This document shows, in pieces, positions 24,501 to 37,724 of a stretch of 64,000 nt of DNA. A model generated the notes under the pieces. The model was not told the DNA's origin and made no database searches. It saw only the letters and a list, made by a program, of their open reading frames with translations. The stretch's first letter is position 1. Each line of letters opens with the position of its first letter. A program made the position numbers and the translations under genes. The stretch lies in NCBI GenBank assembly GCA_964036045.1, contig OZ038379.1, forward strand, positions 48,298,001-48,362,000, in the 5' to 3' direction. The DNA comes from Eutreptiella sp. 'Long Island Sound 2002' (lineage: Eukaryota > Protista > Euglenida).

Positions 24501-25110
24501 ATCATCTCCACTCATCTTGGTTCTTGTAAACCTTGCTACACACAAAGTGGCAGGTACACGCTGGCCTAAGGGGTTAGCATACAACAACTCCACTCTTGCT
24601 CGTCACCAATTTCATGGTGGTTGTAGCCGCCCACACCCCCTGCTGGGGGGGGGGGTTGACAATTAAAAAGACCTCTTTGGCATGGCCCAACACCAAATAG
24701 GGCGCCCCACAGAGGGTGCCCAAGCTTGTGAGGCAACCATTTTAGATGTTTTGTGTTTCATATCACAATCTCTTGGGGTGGCCATTTCATATTGTTTCAT
24801 GTTTCGCACCTACTCCTATGTGTGTGTGTCTTGGCAGCCTTTTGAGCCTCTACTGGTTGGCCGATGGTGTTCCTTGGCACTGCCTTTGCCACGGGCTGAA
24901 CGCTGTGTTGTTTGCTACGAAGAGTGTCCCCCTGTGGTCCCGCATCCGAGGCACTCTCGGAAGGGTAATACTCTGATGTAGTGGTGCCGGAGTTGCTGTT
25001 GCCTTGCTGTTGTTGCTATGGCTAATGTTGTTGCTTCAACCGCCACCAAACGCACTTGTGGGGGCCACTAGAGGAGCTAAGGGTTGTGGTGCCTTGAAGT
25101 GCGGACTAGA
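21520..25110. mobile_element. Heavily decayed, rearranged element remnants, possibly retroelement-derived
   Basis: Fragmentary Cys/His-rich frames. 24550-24800 (+) is homologous to 30290-30570 (-), and 24990-25110 (+) is homologous to 31270-31450 (+). Confidence 0.35.
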
Positions 25111-25919
25111 AGCATCCGTTGGCTTGTTTTTCTGGGTTCAAACTCGGCGGCCGAGAATACAAACACCACCTCCTCACTGTGGGGGTGGGAATCCCCGATG
25201 TGACGTTCAATGACATACGTACATAGCCACCTACGGCGTTACAACAGGGCACCGCACAAAGACATTCGTCCCAACGCTCCACACCAATGAGGGTTTTTTT
25301 AAGCATATTCAATCAAATTCATCATAAAAACCTAGGCATTTTGAGCATAAATACAGGGGGCATTGCGGGCGCCTAAACACAAGGTGTAATCCTTGACCCC
25401 GACACCCTTAAAGATTTTGGCCCCTTGAAGGGAGGGGGGTGGTGGGAGGTATGGGTATGGGTATGGATAGAGCCCCGAGTACCAAGCAAGCACCACCACG
25501 TACACCACTAGTTGTATTATGGTTGCCTCTTCGGGCTCGTGAGGCATCTGGGGGCCACCACTGCCGTAGCCACGGGCCATGTAGACGGGTGAAACGGGTG
25601 TGCAGTGCTGTGTGTTGTGTACTCTCACGGCGGCTGTTACCGGGGGGGGGGGGGGGTCTCCACGAGTAACCGCCCGGCTGGATGCCTTGCACGGAGGATG
25701 TTGACAGGGCGGCCCATGCATTGGGCTAGTCTCACTGTAGATCCTAACACGGTGAGGCATGGACATTGCCTGGTCCATGCTCTCCCGAGCCAATGGTTGA
25801 GAGTCACAAGCCCCCATTGGTTAGGGTCCCTTGCTACCCTCTTGGAGGACCGACCTATGAGGGTGAACCATACTTAGGCAGCTGGATTTGCATGTGGGTA
25901 AAATGGCGTAGATCCCAAA

Positions 25920-26470
25920 TGGGTACCACTTGAAATGGGTGGTAAAAAAGCACTTTCAAAAAAAATGCACTTTTGTGCTTTACAACATTCCCCCTAAAAC
26001 AACATCTTTTGTCACATGCAGTCGATAGCAGGGCCTGCTGCAATACATAGTAAAAATCCATGAACCCTGGGGAGGCCGGGTTTTCGTTTCCGGGGGGGGG
26101 GGGGTGTCGATAGAGCCCTCCGGCCGGATCCCCCCCTCCCCCAAAAAGGGTTCAATTGACAGGACCCCCAAAATCCTACCGAGTCTGGACCCCAGGCCTT
26201 GGAGGTGACCCAGACCCAAAAATCGGGAAAAAAAGAAAATGGGAATTTTGGAATCAGCGTGTCGAGGGGGTTCAGAAAAGTCATCATTTGCTTTATATTT
26301 GGTGAAAAAATCGACCAATTTTAGTGCTGAAAAAAATTATCGGCGCCTTGGGCGCCAGACTTCATACTGACTAATTAATGGTGCCTATCAATTGAGTCCT
26401 TTTCCCGAACCCCCTCGCCCAGTTTTCGGGGGCTCTATTGACCCTCCACCCCCCCCGGAAGTGAAAACCC
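25920..26470 (+). repeat. Dispersed repeat joining the 16.2-kb and 21.2-kb blocks
   Basis: 26068-26258 matches 16156-16345, and 26258-26445 matches 21195-21385. Confidence 0.8.
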
Positions 26471-27368
26471 GACATGCCCTGTTGATTTTTGGGAGCTGAG
26501 GCCCAAACTGAGTGAAAACCAAAATTGCAATGATATCACAGGGCTAATTTCAAACCCCTTGTCAGAATCCAACCTGAAAAATGAAGCAGGGACGCAGACG
26601 GGCAAACACATGCAAAAAGCGAATTTCATTTTTTGCTCGTCAGCTGCTGATGCACTGAGCCTCGGAGTACATGGGATGTCATCACATGATACTTAGCAAT
26701 TGTAGCTGAGGAGCCCTTGACTAATCCTGCCTAGAAAAATGAAGCAAACATGAGGGCCACACCAAAGCTGCTACTGACAGGCATAAATAATGGCGAATCG
26801 ATCATTTTGAGAGCTGCAACTCCCAAAAAACTGCAAGACAAGAAAAATAACACCTGTTTGTGGTACTGTGTGACGCAGTGTGCAGCACAATATTCCATCA
26901 TGCAAAACAAACAAGAGATAGACGGTCGTGACGGCCCAAACAAGCCTACTTCTTCTTGGGGGGGGGGGGGGTTCTTGCCCTTGGCTGCTGCCACCTTACC
27001 ATGTAAAGTGCTGAGGGGTTCCTTGACCTTAGCCTTTTTTGATGGTTTGTTCAAGCCCTCGTCCTCATTGTCCCCGAGGTCTGAAGTCGCTTCTGTGAGG
27101 GTGTGGCCTTCTTCTTCATGTCAACCCCCCCCAACACCTGCTCGACTTCATCATCTGAGTGATCAACGTTCACTTCCTCCTCCCCCTCCTCCTCCTCGTT
27201 CCTTGGCTTTTAGACACCTAGAGAGCAATAGGCCCTAATCCTTGGGAGCCAGGCATCCGAATTGACGAGGTACACATAGTCCATCTCCTCCAAATAGGCT
27301 GCCAGCTGCTCACACAACTCTCCAAGCAAAACCTCACGACTAGCGAAACAAGCTGCAATGCAAGGGCT

Positions 27369-29550
27369 CTAAGGCAAGCGTGATAGAAGCTGTGTTGGCA
27401 AAATCGCGGAAAATGTGAGAAGGAGCAACCACACTTCATCCTCATACTCGCAGTCATGCCATGGAATGACCCCAAGGACACACAGTACCCACCGAGCCGC
27501 TCCCAGACCAAAGGTGCTATTGTATGCACCCTGATCACAAATAAAGGTGTTCGGGACTTTAACTCTGAATTTATCCGGCACACAGAAACAAGTGGTCCTC
27601 CCCTCAAACTGATAAACCGGGCGTTCAATCCCCTGATCATAAAATGAGGTCGTAATATATTGCCAGCCCCCACACTCCTCAGAGTCGTGCAACTAATTCA
27701 CCACAAACTTAACATCGGCTGCCATTCCTCCAATTGCAATAGGGACCAGCTTGACAGCGACCTTCAGGACTAATGGGGGGGTATCCTCAAACTGTTCTTT
27801 CATACACTCAATGAAGACCCGGTGCAAAAAGCATGATTTTTGACAAATGGGACCTGCAGCTCCTAAAGTGTTCGACCTTGCATGTTTGTGACCATTTGAT
27901 ACATGTTGCATACACACCATTTTGCACCCCTTCAATGCAATTGGGTACGGAATTGCCTTGCCATTGATCAACGGAATCGCCTCAACCCTTGCCTCGTGCC
28001 CATCCGCACCATTCTACGTCTTGTTCAACCAGATCGTTGTTACCCTCTCGCCATCAGATGTCGTAACGGCCGTTCCTTGAGTCAACACGCTAATGCGATG
28101 CGCAAGTCCACCCACTCCTCATTTGCCCACAAGGGGGCCTTCAGCACCGTCTCCCACTGAGGCATAGTATTTTGAATACGCTAGGTCGACTATCCTAGCG
28201 CCAATTTGGATGCCCTTGGTGGCTTGGCAAGCATCTTGCGAATCCGCATCTTGTGGACATTCACTGGTGAGACAAAGCACTGCTGGTACCATGGGTAACG
28301 GTGCAATCGGACGATTGTCTCTTCGGAGGGGGGGGGGGGAGTCAAGTGGCCAAGGGACAGGACCTTGCGTCTGAATCGATGTACCAATGAAGTCTACGGA
28401 TGAAGGAACAACATTTCGTAGAGTCTGTTGCTTGAGCATTCTTGCCTTAGCATACAATCCACGGATCGTTGCCTCCTCTCCAGCCATGTACAACAAGATT
28501 TTGTCCATCTGGTCACCATGGAGAGCCGTCAACGGGCGCAGGGTGTACAGATTGATGAATGCAGTGCGAAAAATGGGGTAAGCCTCAATTTGGGAGATGT
28601 GGCTCCCATAACAACAGAAAGCGGCGATATTGAGCCTGTTGTAGCATGTATGAGGCATCCATACCTTCCCCAGAGTTTTTCTCAAAAATGTCAATACATT
28701 TCGTCACTCCGCCATCGGATGTTTGCCACAGCTGCACCAGAGGTCTCCAACTTTTCCACACAATGTCCTACATAGAGCACATATGCAAACAAGCCACATA
28801 AAAATCATGCAATTCCAACATTTGCTCTATTGGTGTGCACTACACACCATGGATGACTTCTCGCCTAGTCTCCCAGACTTTCTCCGGGCCACAAATAGCA
28901 TTTCCTTCGGTTTCCCTTTTTGAATCTCTATCCAGATATGTGCCACCACTTGACCGATGCCCAGCTTGGTCACTAAGTGTTGAATTCCGTTGTGATCCCC
29001 TCCAATAATTTCTCCGATGTCGATGGGGCACTCATGTCTAATTTCCTCTCAAAACACATGACTCAGCCAATCCGGTAGGGCGCGTGAATTAGTAGACTAC
29101 TGCCGGTGAAGGCTTTGGAGAGCACTAAGGATATGGGCACAACCAAGGCAGTAGGGAACTTTTGCTGAGAAAACACGGTAACACATATGTGCCCAAATGT
29201 TTGTAAATATGAACGGGTGGGAGCTGCAAATCCCAAATCAACGGAGTTGTGGACGATAAGTGTAGGCACATACGTTCATCGTGCCAAATGAGAATAGCCG
29301 AGATTGGTATGCAAGGAGGATTTGGTCTGGAGGTTGGCCTGCCGCTGCAACACTGCACCCTCATCCCTTTCTCTTGCCTGGCTTCTGGACAAATCTGTAT
29401 CAAATTTGATATTCATAATCCGGACCTTGGATAGCTCCTTCTTGACCCATGTTGTCCTGAAGGTCTCAGAAGCCTTGTGCCCCAATGATCACCTCTCTGA
29501 TGGCTGCCCGACTATGTCCTCGCTCTCTTTCCGTTGTGTGGACGGCTTGT
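27369..29550 (-). pseudogene. Long decayed ORF of unknown family
   Basis: Track ORFs 28119-28694, 27693-27971 and 27369-27692 share one frame, separated only by isolated stops (~440 codons). ORFs 29276-29485 and 29063-29269 share another frame upstream. Confidence 0.5.
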
Positions 29551-30099
29551 GATGAAGTCTTTTCTTCAACCCCATCCGATACTTCCCCACTCAAAGGCAT
29601 AATCTAGAAGAGTGGCTGACAAAGGGTCAGAGGAAAGACGCAAATAAGGGAATGGGTTGCAAAACGTCTAATGAGATGCTTCTAATTTTGATCTCTGCTC
29701 TAAGCACTGAATGATTGAACTAGGATGGCGGAGATAACATCAATGTCTGATGCATGTGGCAAAAAACGGGGTTTAGTTCATACAGCTCCGATAATATAGC
29801 CATAGGGGCTTCGGAGTTGTCACTGCGGACAAACACGGCTTCACGAGGGGGGGGGGTCCATCGCCGTGACCATCATCACCTCAAAATCGGCAGCGCGCAC
29901 ACATGGATGGACAATTGCAGCAAAAGAAAGGGGGGGTGGGTCATCACTGTTAGGCCAGATACCTACTTCATAATTGTGTTTCAAAATTTTGGGAGCTGCA
30001 ACTCCCAAAAATTAAAGCCCTAAGTTTTCAGGGGAACATGTCGGGGACTATAGGTGCACCCCACATGACTAGGTGTGACACAACATGATGAAACGGATG

Positions 30100-31560
30100 T
30101 CTCGTTTACCGATAGAGTATCGCCTGTTTGAGAGTGCTTCGGATGCAGTTGCGTGAGTGGTCACCCTGGCGGCCAACAAACCCCATTAAATGCGCAAGCA
30201 GGAAACCCTAGCCCGCCACAGCCATAAAGGACTCCCAAGTTGCGTCGGCCAACGGGTTGAGGCTCGACAGGCCGCCACACATTCGAGAAGATGGGAAACG
30301 CAAAACAATGCAAAACAACCCCCTCACGGGATGGGGCACCACATGAGATGGTGATACCAAATGCAAAATGGTCCAAACTGCCTCATAGGCTTGGGCACCC
30401 TATGGGGCACCCTCTTTGGTGCGGACAGTGCCAAAGAGGTCTCTTTACCGTCACCCCCCCCCATCAGGCAGGGGGTGTGAACGGCTACAACCACCACGAC
30501 ATTGGTGAGGAGGTAGAGTGGAGACCTCTGTTGTCGTATGCTAACCCCTTAGGCCACTGTGCCACTACCGCTTTGTTCATAGCAAGGTTTATGAGAAATG
30601 ACATAAGTGGACATCATTATGAGATGACCAACAAGGTTGCCTAGGGCATGAATAGACTGGGACCTGGCTACATGGGGTGCGTACATGTGAATATTGCCTG
30701 GACACCATGGTGGTTCACAGAACGGGGTGGTCTTTGGTCCTATCCGCCCCCCCCTCCACAACCCCAAGTCAGATGGGGTTGAACAAGGGGCCTCGTCCAC
30801 CAGGGCACACCACCTCATGGGGAAGGTGCTATCTGGATGGGACAGCCCTACAACTGCCAAAACCAATTAGGAGAAATAGGGGATGCCACTTATGGTCTCC
30901 AGCACATCCCGATTTCCACACGGTGAGTGGGGATCTCATGCACGCTCACCTCGGTGTCCCCTAGGTAAAAGTGGCTAGGAGCCCGGTGTTTTAGCTCACT
31001 GAACTGTGGCTATACATGAGTAGGACGTGTCCATGCCACAAGAGGACTTGTGGCCACCAAGTCGGTCCCACGGATTGTCCATGGGCTTCACAGCCACGAG
31101 ACGTTTTGTGGACTGGCAGGGTTTGACCCTTAGGGTGTTTTGAATGGCCCGGATGCTCATGAGGGGTCCATGGCCTATGGCTTAGGCGGTTGGATTTGCA
31201 CGGGGATTTGACAGCGAAAATGTACATTTTGTGCCAATTTCAACATCCACTTTTTGACCCCTCAGAGATGTTGCTGCTATGCGTGTTATTGTTGTTGTTG
31301 TTGTTGTTGTTGTTGATGTTGCTGCTAGCTTTGTTGTTGCTACTATTTCTGTTGTTGTTGCTCCAACTACAGCAGCCACTTCTTGGAGCCACAGCAAAAG
31401 CCAATGGAGGAGGTAGGGGTTGTGGGGCCTTCAATAGTGCATCCATGCACCAGTACCAACGGCCGACAAGGACAGTTTCGAATGGGAAGCGAATATAGCG
31501 CAAATATGAGTGCACAAACCTAACGTCTTGGCCGGAAAAACCTTCTTTCATAGGGGTGGG
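30100..31560. mobile_element. Decayed element remnant related to 21.5-25.1 kb
   Basis: Shared blocks as listed for 21520-25110. (GTT)n tract at 31288-31315, with a GC*NWHKMY...C.H segment on the minus strand. Confidence 0.35.
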
Positions 31561-32879
31561 TTGGTAGCAATATTCTTAGTAATTCTAAAAAAAAATCTGG
31601 GTGCTTGCGAAAAGAAAGGGCCTTTCATTGACACGCCAGGGTGGCACGGTACCCCACAACATCCACTATTCACACCGTACAAGTCGCTTGTGGTTGCGGC
31701 GACGTTGCAAACACGTATGTTCGCAATAATTGCGCGATGTTCGCGCGAGTTGGACGCTACCATTTGCCATATGCGCGCACACGTTCACTGTGGCATGCAC
31801 CACATCAAGGAACAAGTGCAAACAAAAACCATGGTGGTATCCGCCTGTCCTACGAGGTTGATGGTGGGGTAGACATTGCAAGGGCTAGACTTCATTATCC
31901 CCACCCCATGGGTTGTGAGGACGGCCAACAATGAGTCAACCATCTTCGGGGACGGGATAAGGCGGAGAGCCCGCAAGTTGGGGAGGGCCAGGTGGAGCTC
32001 TCGCTAGGCGGGAAGAAAATTGCTCTGCGGGGGGGGGGGGGTGACACGGAAGCCCATTTTTCCAACCCCCCCCCTCCCTCCTTGGCCACGATAACGGAGG
32101 GGGGGTTCAAGGCGGGGGCGCCCGACCTGCCGTGCCGGGGAGGGGGGGGGGCAACCCAACATCTACGGCTCAAAATGATACCCACGTCGCGCTGATCATT
32201 TTGACTACTCAAATGTGGGGAGGGAAATTATTCGTTCAAAAAACTGTTTCGGGACAAATTTTGTGTTCCTTTGCCTTTGGCGCCAACATCTATTCTTAAA
32301 CAAAGCAAAGGGCCCGACACGGAACCCCATTTCTCCAACCCCCCCCCTCCTTCGGCGGGCGTCCATGTCACCCCCCCCCCCCCGCAGAGCAATTTTCAGG
32401 TTGCCCTACAAGTGTGTGGCCCATGGCTTCTTGCAGAGTGTACCCGCCCGCTCGGGATCCCTCATGCCCATGTGTATGAGGGTTGGGGGGGGGGGGTCCA
32501 AACCCTTTGCCCCGTCCACGACCTCCCCCACAAGCGGGCCCTTGTGTAGTTAGGTGGCCTCATCGAGGGTGTGCAGGTGGAGCGGGAGGGATTGGTAGTG
32601 GCCGAGGGTGTCGGCGGACAGGTTGGGGAGGCGACCGATTTGGAACAAAGCCATTTGGGACATTGCGTAAGAACCCGGAGCTGGAAAAAGGAACAAAAGC
32701 ATGGGTTTTGGAAAAAGGCAGCGTGCATTCGTGCTAAAAACGCGCCATGCTGACTTGAATATGAATGCAAATCCCAGTCGCGAACGACACTGCAAGCGAC
32801 GATGCGCATATTAGCGCAAATTTAGCGACTTTTGGCAAATGTAGCTTGTGATGCAAGGGATTCAAATTAAATCTTGCGA

Positions 32880-33923
32880 GTTTAGACTTTTTTTTAACTT
32901 TGGGTGAAGTAACCGCTTGGTATCAAAAAGATGATAAAAGTGTGAAAAAAGCGCACATGTCGAATGTGGGCCCGGCATTCAGAGGCAATCCCCCACGGGC
33001 CGATCCATGAGAGTAGAGGTATGCTAGTGTCGAATAGGGGTCCGTATTTCAATAATTCCATCAACCCAAATTGACCCACATTGGCAAAAACTAAAATCGA
33101 AACACACGGCTGTGCCTTTGTCGGCAGCTTCACCACAGTCGTCAAGCATTACGGTAGTGTGATACAGAAGGGTCGCGTGTTGTTCCTGTTGATTTTGAAG
33201 CCTATCCAAAAGCAGTCACGTTTGCTCTGAAGTAGTGGAAGAGAATTTGGTGAACGCCTGCAAGACGGCGTCTAACCGTGAGCGGGCAATCTTGTTTGAC
33301 GTTGTATCCCTGAAATACCAAACATGCGCTAGGGGTCTCCAAGTTTTGCATCTCAAACTCCTGTTTGTGTTTTTGGGCAACATCGTAGACATGCTTACCC
33401 GCCAAAAGTACCCGGCTACAGACAAATGGGGTGCAGAAAGTTATCACACAGCCAATAGAAAAGTGGAGACGACGAGGAACATCACTACGGTTGACATACG
33501 AGTCACTGTATAGAAAACGAGGTCCTCGATAAAATCCACACGCAGTGCGGCCTTCGGATCATGATACCAACGATGTACCGTATCATCAGATAGGCTGCGC
33601 ACTTGGCCAAAACTTGATAGTCTGCGCAACTGGCCAAAACGTTTGCCATGGTCAATAGCAAACTGATCCCAGCGTACTTGTATTTTGTTCGTCAAGGTGA
33701 CCCAATCAGATACGTTGAGTGCCGCCATTGCATTTTTCATGGCTGGTCCCTTCTGCTTCTTTTGAAGGCCTTGTGCAGCTGGTGTGCTCTCCTCACATTG
33801 CTGTGACTCTTGTGTCTGCCCATTTTGAGAAATAGTGTCAACCGGGGACCACACTCTCCATTGTAACATGAGCCATAAAAAATTGGACTGCATGAGGCAA
33901 AGCAAGAAGTGTGCACCCGACAA
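32880..33923 (-). pseudogene. Decayed ~350-codon ORF of unknown family, possibly TE-encoded
   Basis: Track ORFs 33444-33923, 33216-33425 and 33024-33209 are in the same frame with a few intervening stops. Confidence 0.45.
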
Positions 33924-34592
33924 AATGGGTCATAGAGTGCATCATTTTGTGTAAAATAGCCGAAGTTTGCAGTCTTCAACGATTGTTGGTATAGTCTGGC
34001 AGAGATTTCAGCTCGACCGCTACTAGGCACATATTCATTGTTCAAAACTAGCTGGTCGAAGAATTGGCCTCAATTTGGCCTGGGAAAGGCTGTACACTGT
34101 GAACAAAATTTACTGTTGTGGGCGAAATTTCAGCCACCTTTAAGACTAAAGGTTGTGGAGGCACAGCAAGACATCACAACAATGCGTAGCAGACCCCATA
34201 GCACACAAACATCAGTTAGTTCAAGACACACATCCGTGTGAGTCCTGTGTATAAACACCAATGTGCTGAGCCTCATCCAAGGGTTCTAACGATGCAACAC
34301 TCTCGGCATCAGCATCAATCTGTGGGTCACTATCACAAGAGGCAACAACGATGGGTCATTGTCACAGGGGGTTGAAAAAGGACGTACCCGGTGTTGTACC
34401 TTACAGGGTGCTCTTGCACGGGGCTTTATGCAGGTCGGTTCTGATTTGCCTCGCAAGGCAAAGGTTATTACATGGAAAAGACACCACTTAGTCTTTTGCT
34501 TTCCACGCCTTTCAATAGGGCTAGGCTAGAGGAGCCGTGTCCACTTTGTTGGGCACCCATCAGGATTGAAATACCCTTCGGCATAAGGGTCT

Positions 34593-35831
34593 ATGTATGC
34601 TGCTCGCCCTGAAGGGGCTATTGTAAATGTATTGTCCGGCCGTCTTAACTATTGGGACCCCAATGCGAGAATGCAATTGGGCGGGCCGGGGGCTGGTTCT
34701 AGGACCATTGCTAAGGGGACATTGGAAATGTCACTATTGGTTTTGCTGAACGTCTCCAAGCTAGATGAGCGGTTAACCAAGGAGTATGTGAAGACCACTG
34801 CTACTGCCCTCCTGTTTTTGGGGTTAGTGGCATTTCTCCTCCCCAGGCAACATGCAGTTTGAGGAGCTAGGTGAGTGACGTTTTAGTCGGTTCTAACGCC
34901 ACCATCGTTGTAACATTGCCTGTACGAGTATCAAACAATCATCCGATTTGTTTTTGACACTTCCACTTGTACAACCTGGAGAGAAAGTGTTACGCCGTGT
35001 GCTCACTGAGCGGTCTATCAATCAACCGTTTTACCACAAATGTGAAAGAGTTCACTCCAACAGCCCATACATAGGCCATCGACAAATGTTTTCCGATTGT
35101 GGATTATAAAACCGAGGTGAAGCGATTGGATACTGTTGAGGATGTCTCGTTCCCTCGAAGTACATTCAGGACAAAAGTCACCACCAACTGCCCGAAAGTT
35201 GTTTTGGTGAACGTGCTTAAAAGCCTTAACTCCGCTACGTTGGTGCCAGAAGGTTTTGAGGGTTTTCCACAGGCCAATCTCCTCGCTCGCACAGTTGTCC
35301 AACATTGAGTTTTGCCGTGTGCACATGCTTCCATTCGTGCTGCCAACCGTGCCGCCCCTAATGGGAACACCCTACCTATAACGCCCCGTGTTCCGGGAAA
35401 TTCATGAAGGGTAGGAAGGCCCGATAAATCAGCTCAACAGAATACTTGTAACTGTGTTGGATGCCCTATATGAGGGGCAACCCCAAAAGCGATTGCGGTA
35501 CGTTTCAGGGGACATAGACTGCACCGTAACAAAGCTTCAACGGTGCAAAGTGTATTTTCATGCCTACAAGTAGTGGTACGCTAGTGCGGTGTTCAACACA
35601 TGTAAGGTCAACTACAATTTGCAACAGCTCCTTTTGTGTGCCACACCGCAACTCCAAAAAGAAAAAGAGACTCCAATTCATGGAAAGTACATTGCGACAT
35701 GCAATATCCAAAGGGGCACGACCCCACACTCTTTGCGGGCCTCGGTTGGTGACATCCATACGATCAAAAAGTACGGAAATAGATCAAAAGATGTCATCTG
35801 CGACCTTTGGAAGACCCGAGTAGCAGGGTAA
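34593..35831 (+). pseudogene. Tyrosine recombinase remnant (DIRS/Ngaro or Crypton type)
   Basis: C-terminal GTTPHSLRASVGDIHTIKKYGNRSKDVI resembles box II (HSLR...I...GRWxSD). Upstream TATALLFLGLVAFLLPRQ weakly resembles the box I helix. Confidence 0.5.
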
Positions 35832-36280
35832 ATCAGTAGCGTGCAATACTGCAACTGCAGTGCAATTCAAGCTTAGGTCGGGTGCGTGGGGATCAACACG
35901 AGACCTAAATGCCTCAAATTGTCAAACCAAATACAAACTGTGCGCAGCATAGAGTCCCACAAGATCTACGCTACATGTCTAGCACGCAGGTGAACACAAC
36001 CCTCCTTGGTGTTGCACTGGCCAAGGGCTCATACTTTGCGTCCTTGCCAGCCGGACGTAATCCCCCAATTATACATTGAGCCAATGTTAAGATAGTTGTG
36101 GGTGTTGGGTCCCAGGTGGTAGTAGGCGGTAGTTGGGCTTCGGGGGGTGGGCTATCGTTTAGCCTACAGGCTCTGTTTGGCGGTGGCAGGCACGTTTTCG
36201 GGAAACTGAAAAAAAAACCCTTCCCCTGTAACCATAGGATTGGCATGCACTGCTACGAGCTTTTTGGGCACTTGGGAGGT

Positions 36281-37724
36281 TGGTGCAGCAACATCCTCCT
36301 GGGCGCTCGGTGGTGTCAAACCCCCCCTTTGTGGCATGCAAAAGCCGGTGGGGGTGAAGAAAAAAAATTTTGATACTGGGTGGGATATTTTTTTTCGGGG
36401 GTGACCCCCCCTAGGGGGAGGGGGTACGAAAAAAAGAGGGTCCTATAGAAAAAAAATTTTCTTCCAATGTCGCACGTACTACACATAATCACGGTGTTCC
36501 CACCACATAACATGCCTCTGCTACTCCTTGGCATTCCTCTGTGTGGCTATTTCGGGTACTAGCCCATGTCCAACATGCCATTTGCAACATGAAGCCGTCG
36601 GTGGCCCCTTCTCCATGGCATGCTTCGCAGCACAATGGCAGGAACCAGCAAACAACATCCCCGGGTACCTATCCGAAACATAATGACGTTAAAAAAAGAA
36701 ACATTCAATGTTGAAACTTCATCAAAAAGCAAATGCGCGCGGTTGGTGGAGGAGGGGTGGTTGCAAGGCGGAGCAAAGTTTCCTTGGCTTTATCCCAAGG
36801 AATCCATTCCGTGTCTTCAAAGGAGGTGAAATGCAACAACTTCAGGACTTGCAATGATGTACAAGTGCAACTAGCACGCAACCCGCCACCTCGTGTGATC
36901 CAAGTAGTTTCCGCCCCAATAGCAACACAAATGGCCTCTAGGAGGGTGTACCCCATGACCGGCATAGATGTTGAGGACTTGTATGAGGTAGTGGCGCCCC
37001 AAAACAAGAAGGTCCAGCACGCTAAATGGGCTCACAACGCTACTACATTGCACCCCACCAATGTCCAACAAGCCCACATTGGGGTTCAACATTGCTTGTG
37101 CAGAAAAACCAGTTGAAACGTTACCAATTCAACTGGGGTCGTAAAAAAACCTGCAACAAGGGAACGGTATGAAGCAGTATGGCATGCAAAGGAGGGATCC
37201 CCTCACCTCACCCTCACCTGTGCCACACCTACTTTGCTACCTGTGCTATTACCGAACCCTCACCTATGCCACACCTAGTTTGCTACCTGTGCTATTGCTA
37301 CTATTCCTGGAAAAACTGGAAGGTCATTTTGACCAATTGTACCCCAAGCCAAAACTCTTGGGGCCCCACGGCCAGCACCCTCGCTTTGTGGTGGCTGAAA
37401 TTTGGGCCGACAGGGATATGTAGGGGTACCAAATTTGTGCCGGCAAAATAGGGAATGTTTGGGGTCCTCAAAGCATCACGTAGGCTACGCTTACACAATA
37501 TGAAAAAGCAACTAGTGGTGTTCTTTAGAAAAAAATTGGGGTTCCGAAACTTTTTTTACACATAGGGGTGGGATATTTTTTTCGGGCCGTACACCCCCAA
37601 GGGGGGAGGGGTACGAAAAAACGGTGATACCGCGAATTTTTTTTGCGCCCCCCCCCCCTGGTGCAGCAACATCCTCCTGGGCGCTCGGTGGTGTCAAACC
37701 CCCCCTTTGCGGCATGCAAAAGCC
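36281..37724 (+). repeat. Segment bounded by a 66-bp near-identical direct repeat
   Basis: tggtgcagcaacatcctcctgggcgctcggtggtgtcaaacccccccttt g(t/c)ggcatgcaaaagcc at 36281-36346 and 37659-37724, with one mismatch. Confidence 0.9.
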
